DNA from: an uncultured Acidimicrobiales bacterium
GTDB taxonomy: Bacteria > Actinomycetota > Acidimicrobiia > Acidimicrobiales > JAHEJN01
Direction of reading: 5' to 3'
DNA: 64,000 bases
Assembly (NCBI GenBank): GCA_963787285.1
Contig: CAWBCM010000001.1
Coordinates: 32,914-96,913, forward strand
The notes under the pieces: model-generated
Told to the model about the DNA's origin: nothing
Database searches by the model: none
The model's input: only the letters and a program-made list of their open reading frames with translations
Part shown: piece after piece, positions 29,791 through 38,016 of the stretch
How the letters are laid out: every line of letters begins with the position of its first letter
Position numbering within the stretch: the stretch's first letter is position 1
Program-made: the position numbers and the translations under genes

Positions 29791-31047
29791 GTGCCGTTTG
29801 CCCACCTCCGGGACATCGTCGAGGAGATGATGCCCGTCGCCGAGGCGTTTCACGCCGCCGGTCAGCGCGTGTATCTGGTGGGGGGAGTGGTGCGCGACCT
29901 CTGGCTCGACCTCGCCCTCGAACCGGCCAGCGACATCGACCTCACCACCGATGCGCGGCCCGACGCGACCAAGGCCATCGTGGGTCCGATCGCCGAAGCG
30001 GTCTGGGCCCAGGGCGAGCGCTTCGGCACCATCGGCTTCCGGGTCGCCGGCCGCGACATCGAAGTGACCACGCACCGATCCGAGGCCTACACCGCCGAGT
30101 CACGGAAGCCCCACGTCGCCTTCGCGACCGACATCGACACCGACCTGTCCCGGCGCGACTTCACCGTGAACGCCATGGCGATCGAGCTACCGGTCGGCGA
30201 GCTCGTCGACCCGTTCTCGGGGGCGTCCGATCTCGCCGATGGTCATCTGCGGACGCCGTTGGGTGCCGTCACGGCGTTCTCCGATGACCCGCTGCGGATG
30301 CTGCGCGCGGCCCGCTTCTCGGCCCGCTACGGGCTCGTCCCGTCCGACGACGTGGTGGAGGCCATGACCGAGCTGGCGGAGCGTCTCGACATCGTGGCCG
30401 TCGAACGAGTTCGCGACGAGCTCGACAAGCTGCTCGCGGTCGACGATCCCGGTGATGCCTTTCTCCTCCTGCACGCAACCGGTCTGCTGCGCCGGGTCCT
30501 GCCGGGGGTGGCGGCCACGCTCGACCGAGGCGATCAGGCTCCGCTGCGAGCCGTGGCGAACGCCGCTCCCTCCGATGCGCTCGCCCGGCTCGCCGCCCTC
30601 GCATGGTGGGACACGACGGACCACCGCGCCGGTGGCGTACGGGCGTGGAGTGCGCGGATGCGCCTGGCGAACGCGGTGGCGGCGGCGCTCTCGGCGATCG
30701 TCGGTGGGGCGGCGACGGCCGCCGATGCCTTGGCGACGCCGGCTGCCGCCCGCCGGTGGGCGTTCCGTGCCGGTCCCCAGCGGCAGCGGGCCCTCGAGCT
30801 GGCGCTTCGCGTCGATCACGATGCGACCCATCGGCTGATCGCCGTGCTCGAGGACCTCGCGGCGGTCGAGGACCTCGACGATCCGGGCGTCCCCCTCGAC
30901 GGGGCTGACGTCATGGACCTTCTCGGGATCGGTCCCGGGCCGCAGGTCGGTCGGGCGCTGGACCACCTGCGCAACCTTCGGTTCGAGCAGGGACCGCTGA
31001 GCGTGCCCGATGCCCGCGCCGCCCTCGAGTCGTTCTCCGTGGCCTGA
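29791..31047 (+). CDS. cca: CCA tRNA nucleotidyltransferase / poly(A) polymerase family (PcnA-like)
   Basis: In the frame of ORF 29329..31047 from GTG 29791. Motifs are YLVGGVVRDLWL, DIDLTT, RRDFTVNAMA and DPLRMLRAARF. Confidence 0.9.
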   Translation: MPFAHLRDIVEEMMPVAEAFHAAGQRVYLVGGVVRDLWLDLALEPASDIDLTTDARPDATKAIVGPIAEAVWAQGERFGTIGFRVAGRDIEVTTHRSEAYTAESRKPHVAFATDIDTDLSRRDFTVNAMAIELPVGELVDPFSGASDLADGHLRTPLGAVTAFSDDPLRMLRAARFSARYGLVPSDDVVEAMTELAERLDIVAVERVRDELDKLLAVDDPGDAFLLLHATGLLRRVLPGVAATLDRGDQAPLRAVANAAPSDALARLAALAWWDTTDHRAGGVRAWSARMRLANAVAAALSAIVGGAATAADALATPAAARRWAFRAGPQRQRALELALRVDHDATHRLIAVLEDLAAVEDLDDPGVPLDGADVMDLLGIGPGPQVGRALDHLRNLRFEQGPLSVPDARAALESFSVA

Positions 31048-31089
31048 CCGGCACCCGTTGGCGGGGTACCCGATTGTCGCCATGGTCTC

Positions 31090-31512
31090 GTGTCGCGGCG
31101 GATCGCGGCCTACTCTCGGGGCGTGCCCATCCGACCACACGCCGTTTCCCGTGAGGGTTCCCGTCCCGGCGAGATCGACTACCGGCTGGCGCGCCTGGCC
31201 CTCGTCACCGAGTACCGGGCCGGGCACCTGTCGGTGAACGATGTGTGCGACGCTCACCCCGAGCTCATTCGCGCCGCCCAGCAGGTGGGCGAACCGACCA
31301 CCGATCTGTGTCCCATCTGCGAAGACGCGAACCTCGTCATCGTGCGGTACGTGTTCGGCCCGCGGCTTCCCGCTCACGGTCGCTGCGTCACCACGGCGGC
31401 CGAGATGGAACGGCTGCGCCAACGCAAGGGTGAGTTCACCGTGTACGCCGTCGAGGCGTGTCCGAGTTGCGCCTTCAACCATCTGAGGCGGTCCTACCCG
31501 CTGAAGCGGTAG
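31090..31512 (+). CDS. DUF5318-like protein
   Basis: 140-aa ORF with IDYRLARLAL..., VCDAHPELIRAA, CPIC and CPSC...NHL, a pattern typical of this actinobacterial family. The family name is from memory. An alternative start is GTG 31123. Confidence 0.65.
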   Translation: MSRRIAAYSRGVPIRPHAVSREGSRPGEIDYRLARLALVTEYRAGHLSVNDVCDAHPELIRAAQQVGEPTTDLCPICEDANLVIVRYVFGPRLPAHGRCVTTAAEMERLRQRKGEFTVYAVEACPSCAFNHLRRSYPLKR

Positions 31513-31590
31513 ACGCCGGCGACACCGTCGCGGTACGCTCTCCGCATCTGCCGGCAGCCCTCTGGGCGCTGGACTGAACGGAGACAACGA

Positions 31591-32448
31591 ATGACCAAGC
31601 CCGTAACGGTCCCGACGATCGCGGCCACCAAGGTCCGCAACGGCGACGCCCCTCTCGTCATGCTCACGGCCTACGACGCTCCCGGTGCCCGCATGGTCGA
31701 CCAAGCCGGCGCCGATCTCATCCTGGTCGGGGACTCCCTCGCGATGGTGGTCCTGGGCTACGACGACACGCTCCAGGTCACCGTGGAGGACATGGCGCAT
31801 CACACGGCTGCCGTTGCCCGGGCCAAGCCCCGCGCGCTCGTCGTCGGCGACCTGCCGTGGATGAGCTATCACGTGTCGGTCGAGGAGACCGTGCGCAACG
31901 CCGCGCAACTCGTACGCGCCGGCGCAGCGTGCGTGAAGCTCGAGGGGGGCACCGAGCGGATTCCGATGATCGAGGCCCTCCTCTCGGCCCAGATACCGGT
32001 GATGGGCCATCTCGGACTCACTCCGCAGTCGGTGAACGCCTTCGGCGGCTTCCGTGTGCAGGCCAAGAGCACCGAGGCCGCCCTGCGGCTCGTCGACGAG
32101 GCCAAGGCCCTCCAGCACGCGGGCGTGTTCGCCATCGTGATCGAAGGCGTCCCCGACGAGGTGGCCGCGCTGGTCACCGAGTCGCTCGACATCCCGACCA
32201 TCGGCATCGGAGCGGGCGCCTCCTGCGATGGCCAGGTGCTCGTCTTCCACGATGTGCTCGGGATCGAAGACCGCTTCGTGCCCAAGTTCGTTCGCCGCTA
32301 CGCCGACGTGAAGGCCGTATCGGTGGCGGCGTTGGCGGCGTTCGCTGCCGACGTGCGCTCCGGAGCCTTCCCCGATGACACCGAGACCTACCACCTCGAC
32401 GAGGAGACCTCGACCGAGCTGGCGCTCTACGGCCGCTCGACCGACTAG
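31591..32448 (+). CDS. panB: 3-methyl-2-oxobutanoate hydroxymethyltransferase
   Basis: 285-aa ORF with motifs LTAYDAPGARMVD, LVGDSLAMVVLGYDDT, VKLEGG and GHLGLTPQS. Confidence 0.96.
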   Translation: MTKPVTVPTIAATKVRNGDAPLVMLTAYDAPGARMVDQAGADLILVGDSLAMVVLGYDDTLQVTVEDMAHHTAAVARAKPRALVVGDLPWMSYHVSVEETVRNAAQLVRAGAACVKLEGGTERIPMIEALLSAQIPVMGHLGLTPQSVNAFGGFRVQAKSTEAALRLVDEAKALQHAGVFAIVIEGVPDEVAALVTESLDIPTIGIGAGASCDGQVLVFHDVLGIEDRFVPKFVRRYADVKAVSVAALAAFAADVRSGAFPDDTETYHLDEETSTELALYGRSTD

Positions 32449-32852
32449 TCGCCCAGGCGCCGGAGGCCCAGCCACTCGCCTTCGGCGAACAGCGCCACGG
32501 GGACCGACACGATCACCAGCACCAAGCTGCCGGTTTCGGTGAGCGCGCCGGTGATCACGACGATGGCGGCCGCCACCACCCAGGCGACATCACCGGCGAG
32601 GGCAATTCGTCCCCCGCGACGGTGCCAGGCGTCGTGAGTCGCCCAGAAGTACAGCAGGTCGGCGTAGGCGATCAGCCCGGCGCCCAGCCCGACCAACCAG
32701 CCGGCGTGGACGCCGAAGGTGGTGTCGAGGCGCACGGCGCCGACCGCGAGCACCAGACCGGCCAGTGCCGAGTAGGCGGCGTTGGTGACCAGGACCGTCG
32801 AGAGCAGTGATCGCCCGGTGCCGGCCGTGACGGAGATTTCGGAGAGAGTCAT
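32445..32852 (-). CDS. Membrane protein (4 predicted TM), divergent from the MmyB-like regulator
   Basis: ATG 32852 lies within ORF 32445..33212. The 135-aa product MTLSEISVTAGTGRSLLSTVLVTNAAYSALAGLVLAV... is hydrophobic. Confidence 0.6.
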   Translation of the reverse strand: MTLSEISVTAGTGRSLLSTVLVTNAAYSALAGLVLAVGAVRLDTTFGVHAGWLVGLGAGLIAYADLLYFWATHDAWHRRGGRIALAGDVAWVVAAAIVVITGALTETGSLVLVIVSVPVALFAEGEWLGLRRLGD

Positions 32853-32976
32853 GCCTCGACCATCGCCCCATTGGCCCGCGACCGGCAACGACCCGGCAGG
32901 TAATGGTCGAATCGGTCGGCCGTGACGACCTCGGAGGTAATTGCGGCGATTCAGGAACACCGCGAGGGTTGGTCGC

Positions 32977-33774
32977 ATGACCTCGGCCCTCCCGTTCGGC
33001 GACGCGCTCCGCCATTGGCGCACGGCGCGACGTCGCAGCCAACTCGAGCTGGCCAACGCCGCCGACGTCAGCCAGCGCCACCTGTCGTTTCTCGAGACCG
33101 GCCGGTCGAGGCCGAGCCGGGAAATGGTCGTGCACCTCGCCATCGCGCTGAACCTCGGACTACGCGACCGTAATGCGCTGCTCGTCTCGGCCGGGTTCGC
33201 CCCCGCGTACACCGAGTCGGCTCTGGACAGTCCCGACCTGGACGAGGTGCGAGGCGTGCTGCAGCAACTGCTCGATGCCCACGGCCCGTTCCCGGCCTAT
33301 GTGGTCGACCGGCAGTGGGATCTCGTCCTGGCCAACGAGGCCGCGATGGCACTGACCGCGCTGTTCGACCCGAACCGCCTCATTACCCGGGTCGGTCCCA
33401 ACGTCATGCGGTTGCTGTTGCACCCCGACGGCGCCCGCCATGCCATCGCCAACTGGCCCGAGGTCGCCGAGTACACGCTGCGTCGACTGGTGCGCGAGGT
33501 GGTCGACCGGCCGGGCGACACGGCGGCTGCAGCTCTGCTCGCCGAGGTCGTCGGCTACGAGGGAGTGCCCGATCCCGACGCCACTCCGGCGTTGCCCACC
33601 GGTGACGAGCTGCTCATTCCCGTGGTCGTGGATCTCCCATCGGGAGACCGGGTCCGACTGTTCACCACGATCGCCACGATCGGTGCGCCCTTCGACATCA
33701 CCCTCGAGGAGCTTCGCATCGAGACGTTGCTTCCCGCCGACGCCGCGTCGGCCGACCTGCTGCGTCGGCTCTGA
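32977..33774 (+). CDS. MmyB-like XRE-family transcriptional regulator
   Basis: An HTH (LRHWRTARRRSQLELANAADVSQRHLSFLETGRSRPS) is followed by an MmyB-type ligand-binding domain (PAYVVDRQWDLVLANEAA). ATG 32977 lies in ORF 32941..33774. Confidence 0.85.
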   Translation: MTSALPFGDALRHWRTARRRSQLELANAADVSQRHLSFLETGRSRPSREMVVHLAIALNLGLRDRNALLVSAGFAPAYTESALDSPDLDEVRGVLQQLLDAHGPFPAYVVDRQWDLVLANEAAMALTALFDPNRLITRVGPNVMRLLLHPDGARHAIANWPEVAEYTLRRLVREVVDRPGDTAAAALLAEVVGYEGVPDPDATPALPTGDELLIPVVVDLPSGDRVRLFTTIATIGAPFDITLEELRIETLLPADAASADLLRRL

Positions 33775-33801
33775 GCGCAGGAGCCCGCGTACGCTGCACC
33801 G

Positions 33802-34434
33802 GTGTTCCTGATCATGCCGTGGTCCGAGATCGTGCGACGCACCCCCCAGGTCGTCTTCGGGCTGATGCTCTTCGGGCTCGGTGTGGCCATGATGAAGGCC
33901 GGCAATCTCGGGTTCGGCGCCTGGAACGTGTTCCACGAGGGCGTGGCCGAACGGACACCGCTGTCGCTCGGCGCAGTGATCATCGTGACCGGGCTGTGCA
34001 TCGTGACGCTGTTCGTCCCCCTCCGGGAGAAGATCGGCCCGGGCACACTGCTCAACGCACTGGTGATCGGGACGACGGTCGAACTGGTGTTGCGGGTACT
34101 CGACGAGCCGTCAGCCATGGGTTGGCGCGTTGCGCTCATGGTCGCCGGTCCGGTCGTGATCGGCCTGGGGTCGGGCCTCTACATCGGCGGCGGCCTCGGC
34201 CCTGGCCCCCGCGACGGTTTGATGACCGGGCTCCACGGGCGCGGCTTCGCCATCTGGAAGGCCCGGACCGGAATCGAGATCACCGCACTGGTCGTCGGCT
34301 TGATGCTCGGCGGCACCATAGGGGTGGGCACCGTGTGGTTCACGCTGGGAATCGGGCCGCTCGTCCAGTTCTTCCTGCCCCGGTTTCGGCGACCGCCACC
34401 GGTCCGAAACCCGAGCCCGTTGTCGAGCGGCTGA
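33802..34434 (+). CDS. YczE/YitT-like integral membrane protein
   Basis: 210-aa ORF with multiple TM segments and motifs GLGVAMMKAGNLGFGAWNVFHEG and GPGPRDGLMTGL. Confidence 0.75.
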   Translation: MFLIMPWSEIVRRTPQVVFGLMLFGLGVAMMKAGNLGFGAWNVFHEGVAERTPLSLGAVIIVTGLCIVTLFVPLREKIGPGTLLNALVIGTTVELVLRVLDEPSAMGWRVALMVAGPVVIGLGSGLYIGGGLGPGPRDGLMTGLHGRGFAIWKARTGIEITALVVGLMLGGTIGVGTVWFTLGIGPLVQFFLPRFRRPPPVRNPSPLSSG

Positions 34435-34459
34435 CCCCCGCCTCGGATAGGTTGGTCCC

Positions 34460-34927
34460 ATGGAACCGGAGACGTGGGGCTTGGTCTGGCTGATCGCAGC
34501 AGCCGTGTTCCTGGGTGGCGAGCTGGTTCTCCCCGGGTTCATTCTCCTGCCCTTCGGCATCAGTGCGGCGTTGGCCGCCGTCCTCGGCTTCATGGGCGTG
34601 TCCCCCGCCATCGGGTGGCTGGTGTTCATCTTCGGTGGGTTGCTCGGGTTCGGCATTCTCTGGAAGTTCGCCCGCGAGTCACTGAAGGGCATTCCCATGC
34701 CGTTGGGTGTGGGCGCCGACCGTCTCGTCGGCATGCGCGGAACCATGGTCGGCGAGATCATGGGTGGTGCCACGGGCCGTGGCATGGTGCGCCTCGGTTC
34801 CGAGGAATGGCGGGCCGAGTCGGTCGACCGTCGTCCCATCGCCAACGGCGTCGAAGTCGAAGTCATCGAGGTGAAGGGGACGGTCGTCAAAGTACGCACC
34901 GCCAACTCCTTCCAAGGAGAGTTGTAA
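34460..34927 (+). CDS. NfeD family membrane protein
   Basis: 155-aa ORF with N-terminal TM helices and a C-terminal OB-fold (GMVRLGSEEWRAES..VEVIEVKGTVVKV). It lies immediately upstream of an SPFH gene. Confidence 0.85.
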   Translation: MEPETWGLVWLIAAAVFLGGELVLPGFILLPFGISAALAAVLGFMGVSPAIGWLVFIFGGLLGFGILWKFARESLKGIPMPLGVGADRLVGMRGTMVGEIMGGATGRGMVRLGSEEWRAESVDRRPIANGVEVEVIEVKGTVVKVRTANSFQGEL

Positions 34928-35908
34928 ATGGTCGGTCTCATCGTTCTCGGCATCATTGGTGTCGGCCTCATCGTCTTCCTGGCGGCGGCGGTCAAAATCG
35001 TGCGCCCCTACCAGCGGGGCATCGTCGAACGACTCGGCAAGTACAAGGCCACCATGGAGCCGGGGCTGCACATCCTGGTGCCGTTCATCGACACGATGAA
35101 GTTGGTCGACATGCGCGAGCAGGTCGTCGACGTTCCGCCTCAGGAAGTGATCACCGCCGACAACGTCGTCGTGTCGGTCGACGCGGTGGTGTTCTACGAA
35201 CCCACCGATCCTCAGCGACTCGTGTACAACATCGCCAACTTCGTGCTGGCCATCACCAAACTGGCCCAGACGAACCTCCGTAACCTGGTCGGCGATCTGC
35301 AGCTCGATGCCGCGCTCACGTCTCGCGACACCATCAACACCACGCTGCGGAACATCCTCGACGACGCCACCGACAAGTGGGGCGTCCGGGTGGTGCGGGT
35401 CGAGATCCAGCGCATCGATCCGCCCGTCGACGTCATGAACGCGATGCACGAGCAGATGAAGGCCGAGCGCACCCGCCGTGCCACCGTCACCGAGGCCCAG
35501 GGCTTCCGCGAGGCCGAGATCACCCGATCCGAGGGCGACAAGCAGTCGCGTATCCTTCAGGCCGAGGGTGTGCGCGAATCGGCCATTCTCGAGGCCGAGG
35601 GCGAGGCCCAGGCGGTGCGGACCCGAGCCGAGGCAGAGCGCTTCCGCCTCGAGCAGGTCGCCGCCGGTACCGGCGAGGCCACGCGGCTCGAGTTCCAGGG
35701 CATCCATGCCGGTGCGCCCGACTCTCAGCTCCTGGCGGTGAAGTATCTCCAGGCCCTGGCCCAACTCGGCGACGGCCGAGCCACCAAGCTCATCGTGCCG
35801 GCCGACTATGCCGGCATACTCGGCGCGGTCATGGGCGTGGCCGAGGCCATGCGCGACGACGTCGACGACGACGACCTCACCACCCTCCCACCCCCGCCCG
35901 CCGACTAG
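34928..35908 (+). CDS. SPFH/band-7 (stomatin-like) protein
   Basis: 326-aa ORF with motifs [31 protein letters not shown] and a coiled-coil EAEGEAQA region. Confidence 0.93.
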   Translation: MVGLIVLGIIGVGLIVFLAAAVKIVRPYQRGIVERLGKYKATMEPGLHILVPFIDTMKLVDMREQVVDVPPQEVITADNVVVSVDAVVFYEPTDPQRLVYNIANFVLAITKLAQTNLRNLVGDLQLDAALTSRDTINTTLRNILDDATDKWGVRVVRVEIQRIDPPVDVMNAMHEQMKAERTRRATVTEAQGFREAEITRSEGDKQSRILQAEGVRESAILEAEGEAQAVRTRAEAERFRLEQVAAGTGEATRLEFQGIHAGAPDSQLLAVKYLQALAQLGDGRATKLIVPADYAGILGAVMGVAEAMRDDVDDDDLTTLPPPPAD

Positions 35909-35916
35909 CCCGGCCG

Positions 35917-35965
35917 AAATCCCCACGTTCGGTAGCGGATACCGCTGCCGACGGTGAAGATTTCG
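35917..35965. repeat. About 49-bp hairpin-forming element, copy A
   Basis: AAATCCCCACGTTCGGTAGCGGATACCGCTGCCGACGGTGAAGATTTCG is 38/49 identical to copy B at 36950. It has an internal AGCGG-ATA-CCGCT palindrome. Confidence 0.7.
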
Positions 35966-36038
35966 AAGGTGTCGGTGGGCGTGGGTACCCTCGGCGCTCG
36001 CGCATCACTTCCCTCGTGTCAGCAACGAGGAGACCACG

Positions 36039-36968
36039 ATGCGGGCCGATACCGAAGCCTTCGCGGTCATGAGCCGCCAGTACGGATTGATCAGCCGCCG
36101 CCAGGCCATCGACGCGGGGGTATCGACCTGGGCCATGTCGCGGCGGACCAGAACCGGCGAATGGGTGCGCCAAGAGCCGGGCGTGTACCGACACCGGGCC
36201 TATCCGGCGTGCTGGCACGCCTCACTACTGGCAACCTGCCTCCGCACGGGCGGTGTCGCCAGCCGGGCCTCGGCCGGGTGGCTCTGGAAGCTCGATGGAA
36301 TCGCACGATCCCGACCAACGGTGGTGGTCGGTGCCATGGGATCCATTCGATCCGAAACCGTGCGGGTGCACGAGTCGGTCCAGTTCGATGGCATCGTCGC
36401 CGTTCTGCGCGACGGGATTCCGTGCACGCCCATCAGTCGCACGCTGATCGACCTCGCCGGCGTTGTGCGTTGGTCGCGATTCGAGGCCGCCGTCGATGAC
36501 GCTCTACGACGAAACCTCGTCGACTGGCCCGACCTTCTCGACACGTATCGGAGGTTGGGTCGGCGCGGCCGGAACGGCTCTGGCGCCTTGCGCAGACTGC
36601 TCGACGAGCGCTTCGGTGACGACGTGATTCCCCGCTCGGTGTTCAGTCGTTTGGTGGCCCAGCTGCTGATCGACCACGGGGTTCCGGCCCCCGAGCTCGA
36701 GTACCCCGTGCCGATTCCGGGCTGGCGAGCACCCGCTCACGTCGACCTCGCCTATCCGAAGAGCCGCCTGGCCATCGAACTGCAATCGGTGAGGCATCAC
36801 CTGGGTCGCGAACCCTTCGAGAAGGACGCGCTCCGTGCCGCTGGTGTCGCGGCCACGGGTTGGCGGTGGCTTCCCATCACCTACCGCATGTACCGCGACG
36901 AGCCGACCCGAGTGGTGGACTGCGTCCGCCACGCCTTGCTCACCACCCCAAATCCCCACGGTCAGTAG
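36039..36968 (+). CDS. DUF559 / AbiEi-N-like domain protein (endonuclease-related fold)
   Basis: 309-aa ORF. The N-terminus (GLISRRQAIDAGVS...) resembles AbiEi/transcriptional-regulator N-domains. The C-terminus (VDLAYPKSRLAIELQSVRHH) is DUF559-like. GAGGAG RBS is present. Confidence 0.8.
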   Translation: MRADTEAFAVMSRQYGLISRRQAIDAGVSTWAMSRRTRTGEWVRQEPGVYRHRAYPACWHASLLATCLRTGGVASRASAGWLWKLDGIARSRPTVVVGAMGSIRSETVRVHESVQFDGIVAVLRDGIPCTPISRTLIDLAGVVRWSRFEAAVDDALRRNLVDWPDLLDTYRRLGRRGRNGSGALRRLLDERFGDDVIPRSVFSRLVAQLLIDHGVPAPELEYPVPIPGWRAPAHVDLAYPKSRLAIELQSVRHHLGREPFEKDALRAAGVAATGWRWLPITYRMYRDEPTRVVDCVRHALLTTPNPHGQ

Positions 36969-36998
36969 CGGCTACCGCTACCCATCATGGGGATTTCG
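36950..36998. repeat. About 49-bp hairpin-forming element, copy B (also a convergent-gene terminator candidate)
   Basis: AAATCCCCACGGTCAGTAGCGGCTACCGCTACCCATCATGGGGATTTCG. The outer arms AAATCCCCA/TGGGGATTT and inner arms GTAGCGG/CCGCTAC can pair. It contains the DUF559 stop codon. Confidence 0.7.
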
Positions 36999-37629
36999 CT
37001 GAGGGGGGGGGGCGGTGGATGCTGACGGCGTAGTCGGGGGACGCAGCGGGAAGTCGGTCGCCGTCCCAGGTGGCCCAGCGCTCGACGAGCTCGAGGCCGG
37101 CGTCGGCACAGAACCCGTCGTACTCGGACAATCCGATCCCGGCCGTCGGACGGCCGTCGAGGGCGAAGCCCGCCACCAGCCGTCCGCCCGGTTTGGTGTG
37201 CCGGGCCATGTTGGCCACCACCGCCGCCTCGGTGCCCTCGGGCACGAAGAGCATCACGTTGCCGGCCAACAGCACGAGGTCGAAGCTGCGGCCGAGGTCG
37301 ACGGTGCTCACGTCGGCCAGCTCCCAACGAAGGCTGGGTCGTCGGGACCGGGCGAAGGCGAGCATGTCGGGGTCGATGTCGGTACCGACGACATCGAAGC
37401 CTCGTTCGTCGAGCTCGATGGCGACTCGACCCATGCCGCAGCCGGCGTCGAGCACCGATGCCCCTGCGGGCAACAGGCGGGCAATGGCGTCAGCCTCGCC
37501 GTGGGCGTGCTGGCCCGCCGCTTCCATCTGATCGAAGCGGTCGGCGTAGCTGTCGAGGTCGACGTCGCGACGCCATTGTGCCCACCGTCGGTTCACGCCC
37601 GGATCGGTGTGATCGCTCGTCGAGGCCAC
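36985..37629 (-). CDS. Class I SAM-dependent methyltransferase
   Basis: 214-aa ORF with SAM motif I (VLDAGCGMGRVAIEL) and motif II (FDLVLLAGNVM). Confidence 0.88.
   Translation of the reverse strand: MASTSDHTDPGVNRRWAQWRRDVDLDSYADRFDQMEAAGQHAHGEADAIARLLPAGASVLDAGCGMGRVAIELDERGFDVVGTDIDPDMLAFARSRRPSLRWELADVSTVDLGRSFDLVLLAGNVMLFVPEGTEAAVVANMARHTKPGGRLVAGFALDGRPTAGIGLSEYDGFCADAGLELVERWATWDGDRLPAASPDYAVSIHRPPPSAKSP
37003..37012. repeat. G10/C10 homopolymer inside the 3' end of the methyltransferase CDS
   Basis: A run of 10 G on the plus strand encodes the PPP of ..IHRPPPSAKSP*. Confidence 0.8.
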
Positions 37630-37723
37630 GCTGGGAACCTAGTCGCGGAATGTTTTCTCGTATCGCGTATCAGGCATGGCCGGTGGTGCTCATGTGGTCA
37701 TGCTGCGGCGATGGACCTCCGAC

Positions 37724-37956
37724 ACCTCGACTCCCGTCGAGGAGAGACGTCCTCGGCGGGTCGCCTCAGTCGTCACCAGCGAACCGATTCGACGGGCACG
37801 GCTCATCCGAGCCGACGGATCGGTTCGCGGTGGGACCGCTGTGGGTCGGTCTGGCGGGGCCGACCCACAGCAAGCGGTTGTGCGGTGGGTGAACGGGCAG
37901 CCGACACCGCATCGCTGAGCGAGCGTCGATCGACACACCCCCTCCGTCGATCGACG
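37724..37956. other. Cluster of stable stem-loops in a 387-bp non-coding gap (possible structured RNA)
   Basis: Four stem-loops were found. CCTCGAC/GTCGAGG lies at 37725-37742. CGAACCGAT...ATCGGTTCG lies at 37780-37827 with a nested CGGCTC/GAGCCG. CTGTGGGTCGG/CCGACCCACAG lies at 37839-37870. CGTCGATCGAC/GTCGATCGACG lies at 37924-37956. Confidence 0.4.
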
Positions 37957-37964
37957 CGACGGTA

Positions 37965-38003
37965 CGAAGGTGCCCTGCCCGGGCGGAGGGCAGGGCGCCT
38001 TCG
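37965..38003 (-). terminator. Terminator-like hairpin just after the S8 peptidase gene
   Basis: CGAAGGTGCCCTGCCC - 7 nt - GGGCAGGGCGCCTTCG forms a 16-bp stem with one mismatch, 14 nt beyond the stop at 38017. Confidence 0.6.
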
Positions 38004-38016
38004 TCGCGTCGGCCGT

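Noticed and set aside
37676-37938. Two mirror ORFs in the structured gap: an 80-aa plus-strand ORF and an 82-aa Cys-rich minus-strand ORF (MCRSTLAQRCGVGCPFTHRTTACCG..), considered as a possible RiPP-like precursor for the S8 peptidase.
   Set aside because: Third-position GC is only about 68-70%, below that of neighbouring genes. There is no RBS. The ORFs mirror each other because the region is built of inverted repeats, so a structured non-coding region is the better explanation.
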